Assembly (NCBI GenBank): GCA_965223415.1 | Contig: OZ245002.1 | Span: 2,688,001-2,752,000, forward strand | DNA: 64,000 bases | Source of the DNA: Myxococcota bacterium | GTDB lineage: Bacteria > Myxococcota_A > UBA9160 > UBA6930 | Direction: 5' to 3' | In this document: piece by piece, positions 55,755 through 64,000 of the stretch | How the letters are laid out: each line of letters opens with the position of its first letter | Numbering within the stretch: the stretch's first letter is position 1 | Translations under genes and position numbers: made by a program | Notes under the pieces: model-generated | Told to the model about the DNA's origin: nothing | Databases searched by the model: none | What the model saw: the letters and a program-made list of their open reading frames with translations, nothing else

Positions 55755-56698
55755 GCGAAGTCGACCTGGGGACCCGCCTGCGCGGCATCCTCCACGAGCG
55801 CTACCACGATCGGCATCCCTTCAACCTGCGCATGATGGAGGGGCGGCTCTCCGAGGAGGAGCTCCAGCGCTGGGTGCGCAACCGGTACTACTACCAGACG
55901 CGCATCCCGATCAAGGACGGCCTGATCCTGACCAAGGCCGAGGATCGGGACTTCCGGCGGGGCTGGATCCGCCGCATCCACGACCACGACGGCGACGAGG
56001 CGCGGGAAGGCGGGCTCGAGCTGTGGCTGCGGTTGGCGGACGCCGTCGGCCTCGACCGCGAGGAGGTCGCCTCCCTGCGCTGTGTGCTGCCCGGCGTGCG
56101 GCGCGCCTGCGACGCCTACGTGGAGTTCGTCGCGAGCCACGATCTCCTCGAGAGCGTCGCGTCGTCGCTGACCGAGTTCGCGGCGGGGCCCTACCTCGGC
56201 CGGCGGGCCGAGGCCTTTCGCGAGCACTACCCGTGGATCGCCGAGGAGGGCCTGGCCTACTTCCTGAGCCGGACGACCCAGGCGCCGCGGGACGCCAAGG
56301 AGGGCTTCGCGTTCGTCGAGGCCCAGGCGGAGGGCGAGACCGACCGCGATCGCTGCGCCGCCGCCCTCGAACGGAAGTGCGAGATCCTCTGGGCCCTGCT
56401 CGACGGCGTGGAGTGGGGCGGGCGGGGCCCCCGACTCGCGGACCAGGGCCTCCTGCGCCCCGATCCCCAGGATCCGGAGCACAGCCTCGTGGTGCTGCCG
56501 GAGCGGGCGGTCCGGCTGGGCGGAAGCGGGCGCGCCATCCTCGACGCCTGCGACGGCACCCGTCACGTCGAGGCGGTGGCCGCCGAGCTGCGCCGTCGAC
56601 ATCCCGAAGTGGACGAGCTCGAGAGCGACGTCTTCGACTTCATCGAGGAGATGGAGAAGCTCGGCGTGCTCGAGCTCCTGCCCGTGGACGCTGCGTGA
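55751..56698 (+). CDS. pqqC: PqqC-PqqD fusion
   Basis: YHDRHPF, NRYYYQ..IPIKD, RIHDHDG, LTE, HYPW; C-terminal PqqD-like LPER...CDG domain. Confidence 0.88.
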   Translation: MSEVDLGTRLRGILHERYHDRHPFNLRMMEGRLSEEELQRWVRNRYYYQTRIPIKDGLILTKAEDRDFRRGWIRRIHDHDGDEAREGGLELWLRLADAVGLDREEVASLRCVLPGVRRACDAYVEFVASHDLLESVASSLTEFAAGPYLGRRAEAFREHYPWIAEEGLAYFLSRTTQAPRDAKEGFAFVEAQAEGETDRDRCAAALERKCEILWALLDGVEWGGRGPRLADQGLLRPDPQDPEHSLVVLPERAVRLGGSGRAILDACDGTRHVEAVAAELRRRHPEVDELESDVFDFIEEMEKLGVLELLPVDAA

Positions 56699-57750
56699 GT
56701 GGGCCGCTCAACCTGGTCGCGGAGCTGACCTACCGCTGCCCCCTCCAGTGCCCCTACTGCTCGAACCCGGTCGCCCTTCGCGACTTCCCCGACGGGTTGT
56801 CCGCCGACGACTGGGGGCGGGTCTTCCGCGAGGCGGCGGCCCTCGGCTGCGTGCACGTGGGGCTCACGGGCGGCGAGCCTTCGGCGCGCGCGGACCTGCC
56901 GGAGATCGTCGGCGCCGCCGCGGCGGCGGGGCTCTACTCGCACCTGGTCACCGCAGCGCGGCCCCTCACGTCGAAGGGTCTCGAGGGGCTGGTCGCGCGC
57001 GGCCTGCGGAGCCTGCAGGTCTCGGTGCAAGATGCCGAGGCGACGCGCTCGGATCGCATCGCCGGCACGTCCTGCTTCGAGGCCAAGCTCGCCCTGTGCC
57101 GGGCCGGCCGGGAGCTCGGCCTGCCGCTCACCCTAAACGTGGTGTTGCACCGGGCGAACCTCGACCACACCCCGGCGATCATCGAGCTGGCGCGAGCACT
57201 CGACGCCGACCGTCTCGAGCTGGCGAACGCCCAGTACCAGGGCTTCGGGCTGGCGAACCGCGCCGCCCTGATGCCGGACGCGGAGCAGCTGCGCGCCGCG
57301 GCGCGGGCCGTCGCCGAGGCGCGGGAGGCGTCGCCCCGCCCGGAAATCCTCTTCGTCCTGCCCGACTACTTCCGCGAGCGCCCCAAGCCGTGCATGGGGG
57401 GCTGGGCCCGCGCCCACGTCGTGGTGACCCCGGACGGCCGGGCCCTGCCCTGCCATGGCGCCGCCGAGCTTCCCCTCGAGTTCTGGAGCGTGAGGGAGCA
57501 CCCGCTCGCCGATTGCTGGCACGACGCCCCGGGCATGAACGCCTACCGGGGAGAGGACTGGATGCGCGAGCCCTGCCGGAGCTGCGCCGACCGCGCGAAG
57601 GACTTCGGCGGCTGCCGCTGCCAGGCCTTCGCCCTGCTCGGCGACCCCGCCGCCACCGACCCGGTCTGCGCCCGCTCCCCCGACCACCACCTCATCCTGA
57701 ACGCCCACGCCGAACGCAGCATCGCAGTGAAGAAGCGGGGCCAGAGTTGA
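56695..57750 (+). CDS. pqqE: Radical SAM peptide cyclase PqqE
   Basis: ELTYRCPLQCPYCSNP, CMGGW, PCH, CRSC, DFGGCRCQA. Confidence 0.93.
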   Translation: MSGPLNLVAELTYRCPLQCPYCSNPVALRDFPDGLSADDWGRVFREAAALGCVHVGLTGGEPSARADLPEIVGAAAAAGLYSHLVTAARPLTSKGLEGLVARGLRSLQVSVQDAEATRSDRIAGTSCFEAKLALCRAGRELGLPLTLNVVLHRANLDHTPAIIELARALDADRLELANAQYQGFGLANRAALMPDAEQLRAAARAVAEAREASPRPEILFVLPDYFRERPKPCMGGWARAHVVVTPDGRALPCHGAAELPLEFWSVREHPLADCWHDAPGMNAYRGEDWMREPCRSCADRAKDFGGCRCQAFALLGDPAATDPVCARSPDHHLILNAHAERSIAVKKRGQS

Positions 57751-57803
57751 GAATTCAGTTCCCCATGGGGAACTGAATTCTCAACTCTGGCCCCGCTTCT
57801 TCA
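57728..57803. repeat. REP-like palindrome, family B (perfect, 76 bp)
   Basis: TGAAGAAGCGGGGCCAGAGTTGAGAATTCAGTTCCCCA plus exact reverse complement; contains both convergent stops. Confidence 0.95.
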
Positions 57804-58427
57804 TTCGCGGTCGAAGAAGGTGCGGGAGACCTCCTTGCCGTGGTCGAACTCGGCGATCTTCTTCTTGCTGCCGTTCTCCCACCATCCGATCCACTCGCCG
57901 TGGTATCGGCCGCGGTCGAACTGGCCACGGGTCTGCTGGGTGCCATCCTCGTACCAGGTCTCGGCCTTGCCGTGGCGCTGGCCGTTCTCGAAGGCCGAGC
58001 GCGCGTACAGCTGTCCGTTCTTGTGCCAGAGGGTCTGGGTGCCGTGTCGCTTGCCGGCCACGTAGTTGTCCTCGGAGGCCTTCGTCCCGTCCCGGTACCA
58101 GATGGTGTAGAGGCCGACCTTCTCGCCCTTCTCGTAGCGCCCTTCTTCCTTCGGGTTCCCGTTCGCGTGCCAGGCCTTGTACTCACCGTGGAGGATTCCC
58201 TCGGAGAACTCCGCCCGGGCACGGGGCCGGCCGTCCTCGTACCAGGAGAAGCTCGGGCCGTGCTGGGTGCCATCCGGGCGAGCGCACCAGACGGAACGCC
58301 GCGCCTGGTCGCGCTCGACCGCGGCGCCCTGCGGGCAACGCAGCGCCTGCCCCGGCTCCTCGGCGGCGGAGGGCGACCCGAGGGCGAGCCCGGCCGCGCA
58401 CGCCACGACACGCATCCCCCGCAACAT
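57801..58427 (-). CDS. Secreted MORN-variant repeat protein (YwqK-like)
   Basis: Signal peptide; repeated G..HG...W..NG units. Confidence 0.82.
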   Translation of the reverse strand: MLRGMRVVACAAGLALGSPSAAEEPGQALRCPQGAAVERDQARRSVWCARPDGTQHGPSFSWYEDGRPRARAEFSEGILHGEYKAWHANGNPKEEGRYEKGEKVGLYTIWYRDGTKASEDNYVAGKRHGTQTLWHKNGQLYARSAFENGQRHGKAETWYEDGTQQTRGQFDRGRYHGEWIGWWENGSKKKIAEFDHGKEVSRTFFDRE

Positions 58428-58450
58428 GCCGCCAGGGTAGCAGCGCTGCC

Positions 58451-59161
58451 TCACAGGCCGGAGTAGAGCAGCAGACAGGCCTCGGCGAAGACCGGGTAGA
58501 AGATCCGGCGGATCAACAGCCACGCGACCAGCAGGCCGCCGAAAGCCAGCCCGGGCTGCGCCATCCACTCCATCAGCCGCTGGGCCCGATCTTCGCGCAC
58601 GAAGAGGTTCAGGATGCCGGCACCGTCGAGAGGCGGCACCGGAAGCAGGTTGAAGACGAAGAGCAGCAGGTTCAGGGAGAACAGCAGGGAGCAGAGCGTC
58701 GCCAGGGTCTCCCAGACGCCGGGGGCGGTGGAGACCGCGACGCTCTCGAAGGCGATCTGACCCGGTGCGAAGACACCCTGGGCGACGCCGACGCGGATGG
58801 CCACGGCGGCGAGCAGCGAGAGCAGGAGGTTCGCCGCGGGCCCGGCCAGGGCCATCCAGCCGGCCCGACGCGGATGGCCGAAGGCCCAGGTCGGGTCGTA
58901 GGGCGTGCTCGCCCACCCGATCATCCAGGGTGGGGCACCCCGCGCCACCGAGAGCCCGAAGAAGAGGATCGGCACCAGGACCGTGCCGAAGGGCTCGCGG
59001 CGGATGTGGGGCAGGGGGTCGAGGGAGACCTGCCCGCCCTGGTAGGCGGTGGGATCGCCTCCGCGGAGCGCCGCCCACGCGTGGGCCGCCTCGTGCACCG
59101 TGAGCGAGAGCAGCAGCACGAAGTACCAGATCAGTCCGAGTGCCAGCAGGTCCGGTGTCAT
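58451..59161 (-). CDS. Site-2 protease (M50) family
   Basis: HEAAH, AGPAAN, FNLLPVPPLDG. Confidence 0.9.
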   Translation of the reverse strand: MTPDLLALGLIWYFVLLLSLTVHEAAHAWAALRGGDPTAYQGGQVSLDPLPHIRREPFGTVLVPILFFGLSVARGAPPWMIGWASTPYDPTWAFGHPRRAGWMALAGPAANLLLSLLAAVAIRVGVAQGVFAPGQIAFESVAVSTAPGVWETLATLCSLLFSLNLLLFVFNLLPVPPLDGAGILNLFVREDRAQRLMEWMAQPGLAFGGLLVAWLLIRRIFYPVFAEACLLLYSGL

Positions 59162-59200
59162 CCCCCACCCTCGCTCGCGCGAGCCGCTAACTTCCCGCGC

Positions 59201-61438
59201 GTGGCGGCGCGGCGCAAGAGCGGAAACAGCAGCGGGAGATCGACCAGCCTGCGAGGCGACGCACCGATCGTCGTCGTGAGCAACCGGCTGCCCTTCACCT
59301 ACACGCGCGCGGCCGGCGGGCTCAAGCGCCAGCCTTCGCCGGGCGGCCTGGTCTCGGCGCTCGAGCCGGTGCTCCGACGGCGCGGCGGAACCTGGATCGG
59401 CTGGCCCGGCGTCGAGCTCAAGAAGGGCGAGCGCGTCTCGACGCGGGGAGACGCCTACCGGGTGGCCCCGGTCGCCCTGAGCGAGAACGACGTCGCCCGC
59501 TACTACCACGGCTTCTCGAACCGGACGCTCTGGCCCCTCTTCCACTCCCTTCCGGGCCACACCCAGTACGAGCGCAAGGACTGGAACGTCTACGCCGACG
59601 TGAACGCCCGCTTCGCCGATGTGACGCGCCGTCACACGCGGGACGCCGGTACCGTCTGGATCCACGACTACCACCTCATGCTCGCGCCGGAGTTCCTGCG
59701 CGGTGCGCAGCCGGAAGCTCGACTCGCCTTCTTCCTCCACATCCCGTTCCCGCCCTTCGACATCTTCCGCCTGTGCCCGTGGGACGAGGAGCTGCTTCGC
59801 GGCCTGCTCGCCTGCGACCTGATCGGGTTCCACATCGAGCACTACGCGCGCAACTTCATGGATTGCGCCGAGCAGATCCTGGGGGCCCGGGTCGACCGGG
59901 AGGCCATGGTGATCGAGGACGGCGACCGCGTAGCGAAGGTCGGCGTCTTCCCGATCGGGATCGAGTTCGATCACTACCAGGAGCTGGCGATGAAGGCCCG
60001 GCGCGAGTCCCAGCGGGAGCGCGTGGTGCTCGGCGTCGACCGGCTCGACTACACGAAGGGCATCCCCGAGCGGATCCGCGCCTTCGAGCGGCTGCTGGAG
60101 CTCCACCCCCGCTACAAGGGCAACGTCGTGCTGCTCCAGCTCGCCGTCCCCAGCCGCTCCCAGGTGACGGAGTACCGGGAGCTGAAATCGGAGATCGACG
60201 AGCTGGTGGGGCGCGTGAACGGCCGCTTCGCCACCTCGACCTGGTCGCCGATCCGCTACCTCTACCGCTCGGTTCCGCAGGAGCGGCTCTGCGGCCTCTA
60301 CCGGGACGCCGACGTGGCGCTGGTGACGCCGCTGCGCGACGGCATGAACCTGGTGGCGAAGGAGTACGTCGCCTGCCAGGTCGACGATCCGGGCGTGCTG
60401 ATTCTCTCGCGGATGGCCGGCGCCGCCGAGACCATGCGCGAGACCCTGCAGGTGAACCCCTTCGACCTGGACGAGACGGCAGAGGCCATCCATCAGGCCC
60501 TCTCCATGGATGAAGAGGTGCGGGCGACCCGCATCGCGTCCCTGCGCAAGCGCGAGCGCCGCGACAACGTCGAGGCCTGGGTGGAGAGCTTCCTGGACGC
60601 CGCCCGGGAGGAGCCGGAGCATCTGGAGCCGATCTCCGAGCAGGAGATCCAGCGCTGGCTGCGCGGCTACGTGAAGAGCTACATGCTCTGCCTGTTCCTC
60701 GACTACGACGGAACGCTCACGCCTCTCGTCTCCCACCCCTCGAAAGCGAAGCTCACGCCGCGGATGCGCGAGGTCCTGATGGGCTGCGCGCGCCGCGACG
60801 ACACCGACGTGTCGATCGTGAGCGGGCGCGCCCTGGCCGACATCAGCAAGGTCGTGGGCGAGCCCAGCCTGATCTACGCGGGCAACCACGGCCTGGAGGT
60901 GAGGGGCCCGGAGATCGAGTTCCGCCACGAGGACCTGGTCCACTACGAAGAGCGCTGCCAGCAGCTCCTGGCCGAGCTGGAGAGCATCGCCGGCGAGGGC
61001 GCCTGGACCGAGGAGAAGGGGCCCACGCTCACCTTCCACGTACGCAAGGTCGCGGAGAGCCGGCGCGCGCACTACCTGGAGAAGGCGCGGGCGCTGATGG
61101 CCGAGCACGGCTACCAGGCCCTCGACGCCCACGCCGCGGTGGAGGCGCGGCCGCCCATCGGGTGGGACAAGGGACGAGCGGTGCTGCACATCCTCCGCGA
61201 GCGCTACGGCCCCGCCTGGTCGGAGCGGGTGCGGGTGATCTACGTCGGGGACGACCAGACCGACGAAGACGCCTTCCGGTTCCTCTCCGGTCTGGCGATG
61301 ACGTTCCGGGTGGGCAGTGCGGACACGCCCACCGGCGCCCTGCGTCGCCTGCCGGACGTGGAGGCCGTGGGGCGCCTGCTCGAGTGGGTGAGCACCCGAC
61401 CGGCGACGGACCCGACGCCCTCTCACGCCTCCCGATAG
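59201..61438 (+). CDS. Bifunctional trehalose-6-phosphate synthase/phosphatase (OtsA-OtsB fusion)
   Basis: SNRLP, WIHDYHL, DRLDYTKG, RDGMNLV; HAD FLDYDGTL, GDDQTDE; start uncertain. Confidence 0.92.
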   Translation: MAARRKSGNSSGRSTSLRGDAPIVVVSNRLPFTYTRAAGGLKRQPSPGGLVSALEPVLRRRGGTWIGWPGVELKKGERVSTRGDAYRVAPVALSENDVARYYHGFSNRTLWPLFHSLPGHTQYERKDWNVYADVNARFADVTRRHTRDAGTVWIHDYHLMLAPEFLRGAQPEARLAFFLHIPFPPFDIFRLCPWDEELLRGLLACDLIGFHIEHYARNFMDCAEQILGARVDREAMVIEDGDRVAKVGVFPIGIEFDHYQELAMKARRESQRERVVLGVDRLDYTKGIPERIRAFERLLELHPRYKGNVVLLQLAVPSRSQVTEYRELKSEIDELVGRVNGRFATSTWSPIRYLYRSVPQERLCGLYRDADVALVTPLRDGMNLVAKEYVACQVDDPGVLILSRMAGAAETMRETLQVNPFDLDETAEAIHQALSMDEEVRATRIASLRKRERRDNVEAWVESFLDAAREEPEHLEPISEQEIQRWLRGYVKSYMLCLFLDYDGTLTPLVSHPSKAKLTPRMREVLMGCARRDDTDVSIVSGRALADISKVVGEPSLIYAGNHGLEVRGPEIEFRHEDLVHYEERCQQLLAELESIAGEGAWTEEKGPTLTFHVRKVAESRRAHYLEKARALMAEHGYQALDAHAAVEARPPIGWDKGRAVLHILRERYGPAWSERVRVIYVGDDQTDEDAFRFLSGLAMTFRVGSADTPTGALRRLPDVEAVGRLLEWVSTRPATDPTPSHASR

Positions 61439-62643
61439 CGGGCCCGCGGACGGAGCAGCTGCCCGCTCTCGTACTGCTCGAGGGTGTGGGCCACCCAGCC
61501 CGCGCAGCGAGAAACGAAGATGATGCCGGCGGCGCTGCCCTGGGGAAGGCGAAGGGACGCGCGCAGGGCGACGAGCCCGACGTCGACGTTGGGCGGCGGT
61601 CGCCGGGCCCGCTCCATCGCCCCGACGAGCGCGTCGAGGGTGCGCAGCTCCACGCCGCGCTCGCCGACCTCCCAGGCGGCCTCGAACATCAGGCGGGCAC
61701 GGGGATCGCCCTCGGCGTAGAAGGGGTGACCAAAGCCCGGCAGCCGCTCGCCGCGGCGGGTGCGCTCCTGCACGGCGCGTTCGGCGCGCTCCGGCGTGCC
61801 GGCCTCGGCCAGGAGCGCCTCCACCCGATCGCTGGCGGCGCCGTGGCGCGGCCCCGAGATGGCGGCGAGGCCGGCCTGCACGCAGGCGTAGACGTCCGCA
61901 TGGGTGCCGGCAACGACCCTCGCCGCGAAGGTCGAGGCGTTCAGCTCGTGGTCGGCCATCAGCAGGAGCGCCTGGTTCAGGCTCGCCGCGCCGTCCGTGC
62001 GCCCGCCCAGGGCGCGCAGGATCGCCCCCGCCGTCGACGTTGCGTTCCAGGCGCGCAGGGCGCGGGAGGGAGAGCCCGGTAGGGCCAGGCCCGCCGCGAG
62101 CAGGCGGAGCAGGCGGCGGGCGCGGGGAAGCACGATGTCGGGGGAGACCCCGAACCGGCCCGGGTCGCGCACCCCTTCGCTCGCCACGAGCAGGGAGGCC
62201 ACGGCGGAGGGCGGCGCCTCGGCGGGAAGGAGCCGGGCGAGCTCGACGAAGTCCGGCGGCTCCCCGAGCGCGTCGCTCCACGAGACCTCTTGCGGCGGCA
62301 GCGTGCTGGTCCAGAGCAGCTCCGCACAGCGCTCGAAGGACACGCCCCTTTCGACCAGCTCCTGGACCGGGACGCCGCGGTAGGCGGGGCCTTCCGGCGT
62401 CATGTCGGTGATCGCGCTCTCGAGGATGGGCTCGCCCCAGCGCAGCGCCCCGGCCGCTCCGCCGCCGCGGCCCCGCTCCCGGAGGCCCTCGAGATCCGCC
62501 CGGCGGTACTCGCGCTCCCGACCGGGCCCGGCCGGACGGCTCGCGACCCAGCCCCGGCTCACGTAGGCGTAGAGGGTGGCGCGCTTCACACCGAGCAGGT
62601 CCGCCGCCTCCTCCGCCGATAGCCAGCCACGAGCTTGATTCAT
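61423..62643 (-). CDS. HTH (excisionase-like) fused citrate-synthase-family protein
   Basis: AEEAADLLGVKRATLYAYVSRG; DHELNASTF, GPRHG, GFGH, NVD. Confidence 0.88.
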   Translation of the reverse strand: MNQARGWLSAEEAADLLGVKRATLYAYVSRGWVASRPAGPGREREYRRADLEGLRERGRGGGAAGALRWGEPILESAITDMTPEGPAYRGVPVQELVERGVSFERCAELLWTSTLPPQEVSWSDALGEPPDFVELARLLPAEAPPSAVASLLVASEGVRDPGRFGVSPDIVLPRARRLLRLLAAGLALPGSPSRALRAWNATSTAGAILRALGGRTDGAASLNQALLLMADHELNASTFAARVVAGTHADVYACVQAGLAAISGPRHGAASDRVEALLAEAGTPERAERAVQERTRRGERLPGFGHPFYAEGDPRARLMFEAAWEVGERGVELRTLDALVGAMERARRPPPNVDVGLVALRASLRLPQGSAAGIIFVSRCAGWVAHTLEQYESGQLLRPRARYREA

Positions 62644-62673
62644 GATCAAGATTGATAAACGATGATCATCAAG
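62634..62673. promoter_or_regulatory. Candidate operator between the divergent citrate-synthase genes
   Basis: CTTGAT-N5-ATCAAG and TTGAT-N11-ATCAA, an AT-rich island overlapping the HTH gene start. Confidence 0.55.
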
Positions 62674-62701
62674 TACGCTACCCCCTCGAAGGAGAAAAGC
62701 G

Positions 62702-63805
62702 ATGACGAACGACGCGACGGGACTGGACGGTGTGGTGGTGGCGGAGACCGGAATCTCGGAGATCGACGGCGAGCAGGGCCGGCTTCGGGTGAGGGGGAGG
62801 GACGTGGAGGAGCTGGCCCGGAGCTGCTGCTTCGAGGACGTCCTGGCCCTCCTGTGGGAGGGCGAGCTGCCCGGCACCGAGGGGCGGGCCCGCTGGCGGA
62901 GCCGCCTGGGCGCCGCCCGGGGCCGGGCCTTCGAGGGCCTGTGGCGGCTGGGTGCCGCCCTCGACGCGGCGGACCCGATGGACGCCCTACGGGCGGCGGC
63001 GGCCTGCCTGGAGGCGGACCGGGCCCCGGCGGAGCTCGGCCTGGCCGGCGCCCTGCCGGTGTTCGCCGCCGCCTGGAGCCAGCGACGAAGCGGCCGGAGC
63101 CCGCTGCCGCCGGACCCGACCCGGGGGCACGCCGAGGACTTCCTGCACATGCTGGGCGGGGAAGCGCCCCACCCGGAGCGGGTCCGGGCCCTGGACCGCT
63201 ACTGGGTCACGGTCGCCGAGCACGGCATGAACGCTTCGACCTTCACGGCCCGGGTGGTCGCCTCGACCCATGCGGACCCGGTCTCGGTGGTGACGGCGGC
63301 TCTCGGCGCGTTGAAGGGGCCTCTTCACGGCGGCGCCCCCGGGCCGGTGCTCGACATGCTCGATGCGGTCGCCGCCGAGGACGGCGGTGCCGAGGCGTGG
63401 CTCCGCGCAGAGCTCGAAGCCGGCCGCCGCATCATGGGATTGGGGCATCGGGTCTACCGGGTGCGCGACCCGCGGGCCGCGGTGCTGGAAGGCGCCGTCC
63501 AGGAGCTCGAGGCCGCGGGGCTCGGCAGCCCCTACCTGGCCCGGGCAAGGGAGGTCGAGAAGGCGGCGGTCGCCATTCTCGCGGAGCGCCATCCGGACCG
63601 GCCCCTCGCCGCGAACGTCGAGTTCTACACCGCGGTGCTGCTGGACGTGTTAAGCCTGCCGCGCTCGCTCTTCACGGCGACCTTCGCGGTCGCGCGGGTC
63701 GCGGGCTGGCTGGCCCACGCGACGGAGCAGCGCCAGGGCGGGCGCATCCTGCGTCCGCGCCAGCGCTACGTACAGGCCCGCCCCACCGCCCTCGTGACGG
63801 CCTGA
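62702..63805 (+). CDS. Citrate/2-methylcitrate synthase family protein
   Basis: GLDGVV, EHGMNASTF, GPLHGGA, GLGHRVY..RDPR, NVEFY. Confidence 0.9.
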   Translation: MTNDATGLDGVVVAETGISEIDGEQGRLRVRGRDVEELARSCCFEDVLALLWEGELPGTEGRARWRSRLGAARGRAFEGLWRLGAALDAADPMDALRAAAACLEADRAPAELGLAGALPVFAAAWSQRRSGRSPLPPDPTRGHAEDFLHMLGGEAPHPERVRALDRYWVTVAEHGMNASTFTARVVASTHADPVSVVTAALGALKGPLHGGAPGPVLDMLDAVAAEDGGAEAWLRAELEAGRRIMGLGHRVYRVRDPRAAVLEGAVQELEAAGLGSPYLARAREVEKAAVAILAERHPDRPLAANVEFYTAVLLDVLSLPRSLFTATFAVARVAGWLAHATEQRQGGRILRPRQRYVQARPTALVTA

Positions 63806-63806
63806 G

Positions 63807-64000
63807 GTGGGCGGGGAGGAGCTGCTGCTGCTCTGGATGGCGGCCTTCGCGACCGCCGTCCTCTCGGCCATCGTCGGCATGGCGGGGGGCATCACGCTGC
63901 TGGCCGCCATGCTGCTCTTCCTCCCGCCCCTGGTCGCGATCCCGGTCCACGGGGTGATCCAGCTCGCCTCGAACGGCTCACGGGCGTGGATCCAGCGTCG
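63807..64000 (+). CDS. Sulfite exporter TauE/SafE family, partial
   Basis: Manual translation: ...AFATAVLSAIVGMAGGITLLAAMLLFLPPLVAIPVHGVIQLASNGSRAW. Confidence 0.7.
   Translation, partial: MGGEELLLLWMAAFATAVLSAIVGMAGGITLLAAMLLFLPPLVAIPVHGVIQLASNGSRAWIQR

Noticed and set aside
57801..58427. Toxin-antitoxin system (YwqK-like antitoxin)
   Set aside because: Only generic MORN-variant repeats with a signal peptide; no adjacent toxin
1..64000. tRNA, rRNA, integrase, transposase or prophage
   Set aside because: No such motifs seen by eye; the Com-like and excisionase-like HTH domains occur in non-mobile contexts

Overview
High-GC bacterial chromosomal window with about 57 densely packed genes. 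The gene content (PEP-CTERM proteins, long TPR lipoproteins, fused membrane/spermidine-synthase-like proteins, type-2 IleRS) suggests a diderm, possibly Myxococcota-like organism; this is inference only. Main blocks: (1) 1-18.4 kb, an envelope locus with two tandem, nearly uncharged PEP-CTERM proteins under a consensus sigma54 promoter, two TPR lipoproteins, a TMTC-like GT-C glycosyltransferase and three membrane/SAM-domain fusions; (2) 18.4-30.4 kb, acyl-CoA catabolic genes with a TetR regulator; (3) 30.4-35.8 kb, lnt plus a membrane class III cyclase with guanylyl-cyclase-type specificity residues, divergent from two unknown secreted paralogs, with a perfect CRP box (TGTGA-N6-TCACA) between them; (4) a plant-type UDP-apiose/xylose synthase homolog; (5) an operon with a Fur-like box: Zn-ribbon, porin, FMN-binding protein, His-bearing membrane protein, ApbE; (6) housekeeping genes (rsmC-like, AAA ATPase, rqcH, mutM, ileS) with pqqB-pqqCD-pqqE coupled to ileS and no pqqA seen; (7) otsAB fusion and a divergent HTH-citrate-synthase/citrate-synthase pair. 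Non-coding structure includes two families of 45-77 bp REP-like palindromes that supply or abut stop codons, and an exact 3x38-bp repeat that forms an ATGA-coupled mini-ORF chain. No rRNA, tRNA, CRISPR array or transposase was seen. Start codons were chosen by eye and family calls come from motif recognition, not database searches.
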